Shown piece by piece: positions 63,765 through 64,000 of a stretch of 64,000 nt of DNA. The notes under the pieces were generated by a model. The model ran no database searches. It was not told the DNA's origin and worked only from the letters and a program-made list of their open reading frames with translations. The translations under genes and the position numbers were made by a program. Numbering within the stretch: position 1 is the first letter of the stretch; each line of letters opens with the position of its first letter. Origin of the DNA: Escherichia coli (lineage in GTDB: Bacteria; Pseudomonadota; Gammaproteobacteria; Enterobacterales; Enterobacteriaceae); NCBI RefSeq assembly GCF_013122565.1, contig NZ_CP053258.1, one strand, 5' to 3'.

Positions 63765-64000
63765 TTAACGTGGTCGAATCCCCTCAATAATAATCCGCTG
63801 CACGTTTTCAACCGTTTGAGTGAAAAATATCTCATCGCGCAACGTCGCGCCTGTCACCGCCTCCACCTGAGGGGCGAAATCGGCGTAATGTTGAGTGGAA
63901 GCCCAAATCATAAAAATCAAATGCTGCGGATCAATCGGCGCGAGTTTGCCGCTTTTGACCCAACCGGCAATCAGCGCCGATTTCTCATCAATTAATGCCT
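63765..64000 (-). CDS. rutR: 3' portion of a TetR-family regulator (RutR-like), truncated by window edge
   Basis: Hand translation of minus strand gives ...TGATLRDEIFFTQTVENVQRIIIEGIRPR-stop; convergent with putA as in E. coli. Confidence 0.55.
   Translation of the reverse strand, partial: ALIDEKSALIAGWVKSGKLAPIDPQHLIFMIWASTQHYADFAPQVEAVTGATLRDEIFFTQTVENVQRIIIEGIRPR

Overview
Escherichia coli-type chromosome segment with an EHEC/O157-like accessory gene set (identification from memory of gene content, not from a database search). Four blocks can be read. (1) 1-10.5 kb: the terminus of a P4-integrase-type genomic island, with a frameshifted integrase, an AT-rich cargo region holding a 615-aa orphan ORF, AlpA, a DUF3987-like gene, an IS256-family transposase and a decayed ISL3 transposase; a 14-nt tRNA-Ser 3'-end core plus terminator at ~10.41-10.47 kb marks the junction. 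(2) 10.5-11.2 kb: an IS200-like element. (3) 11.3-44.2 kb: an accessory island. Its centre is a 17-gene co-directional minus-strand array (31659 down to 11330) joining a two-partner secretion pair (TpsA/TpsB) to a type II FAS/PKS-like lipid pathway and a Lol/MacB-like envelope export module, ending in ycdU. This array is the best candidate for an undescribed system. The island also carries a chaperone-usher fimbrial operon, an SDR oxidoreductase, a ToxR/ToxS-like pair and an EAL phosphodiesterase. (4) 44.4-64 kb: conserved core genes dgcT(ycdT), pgaABCD, phoH, efeUOB (efeU intact), putP, putA and the 3' end of rutR, with recognisable regulatory sites. Product names rest on motifs visible in the translations; no similarity search was run.
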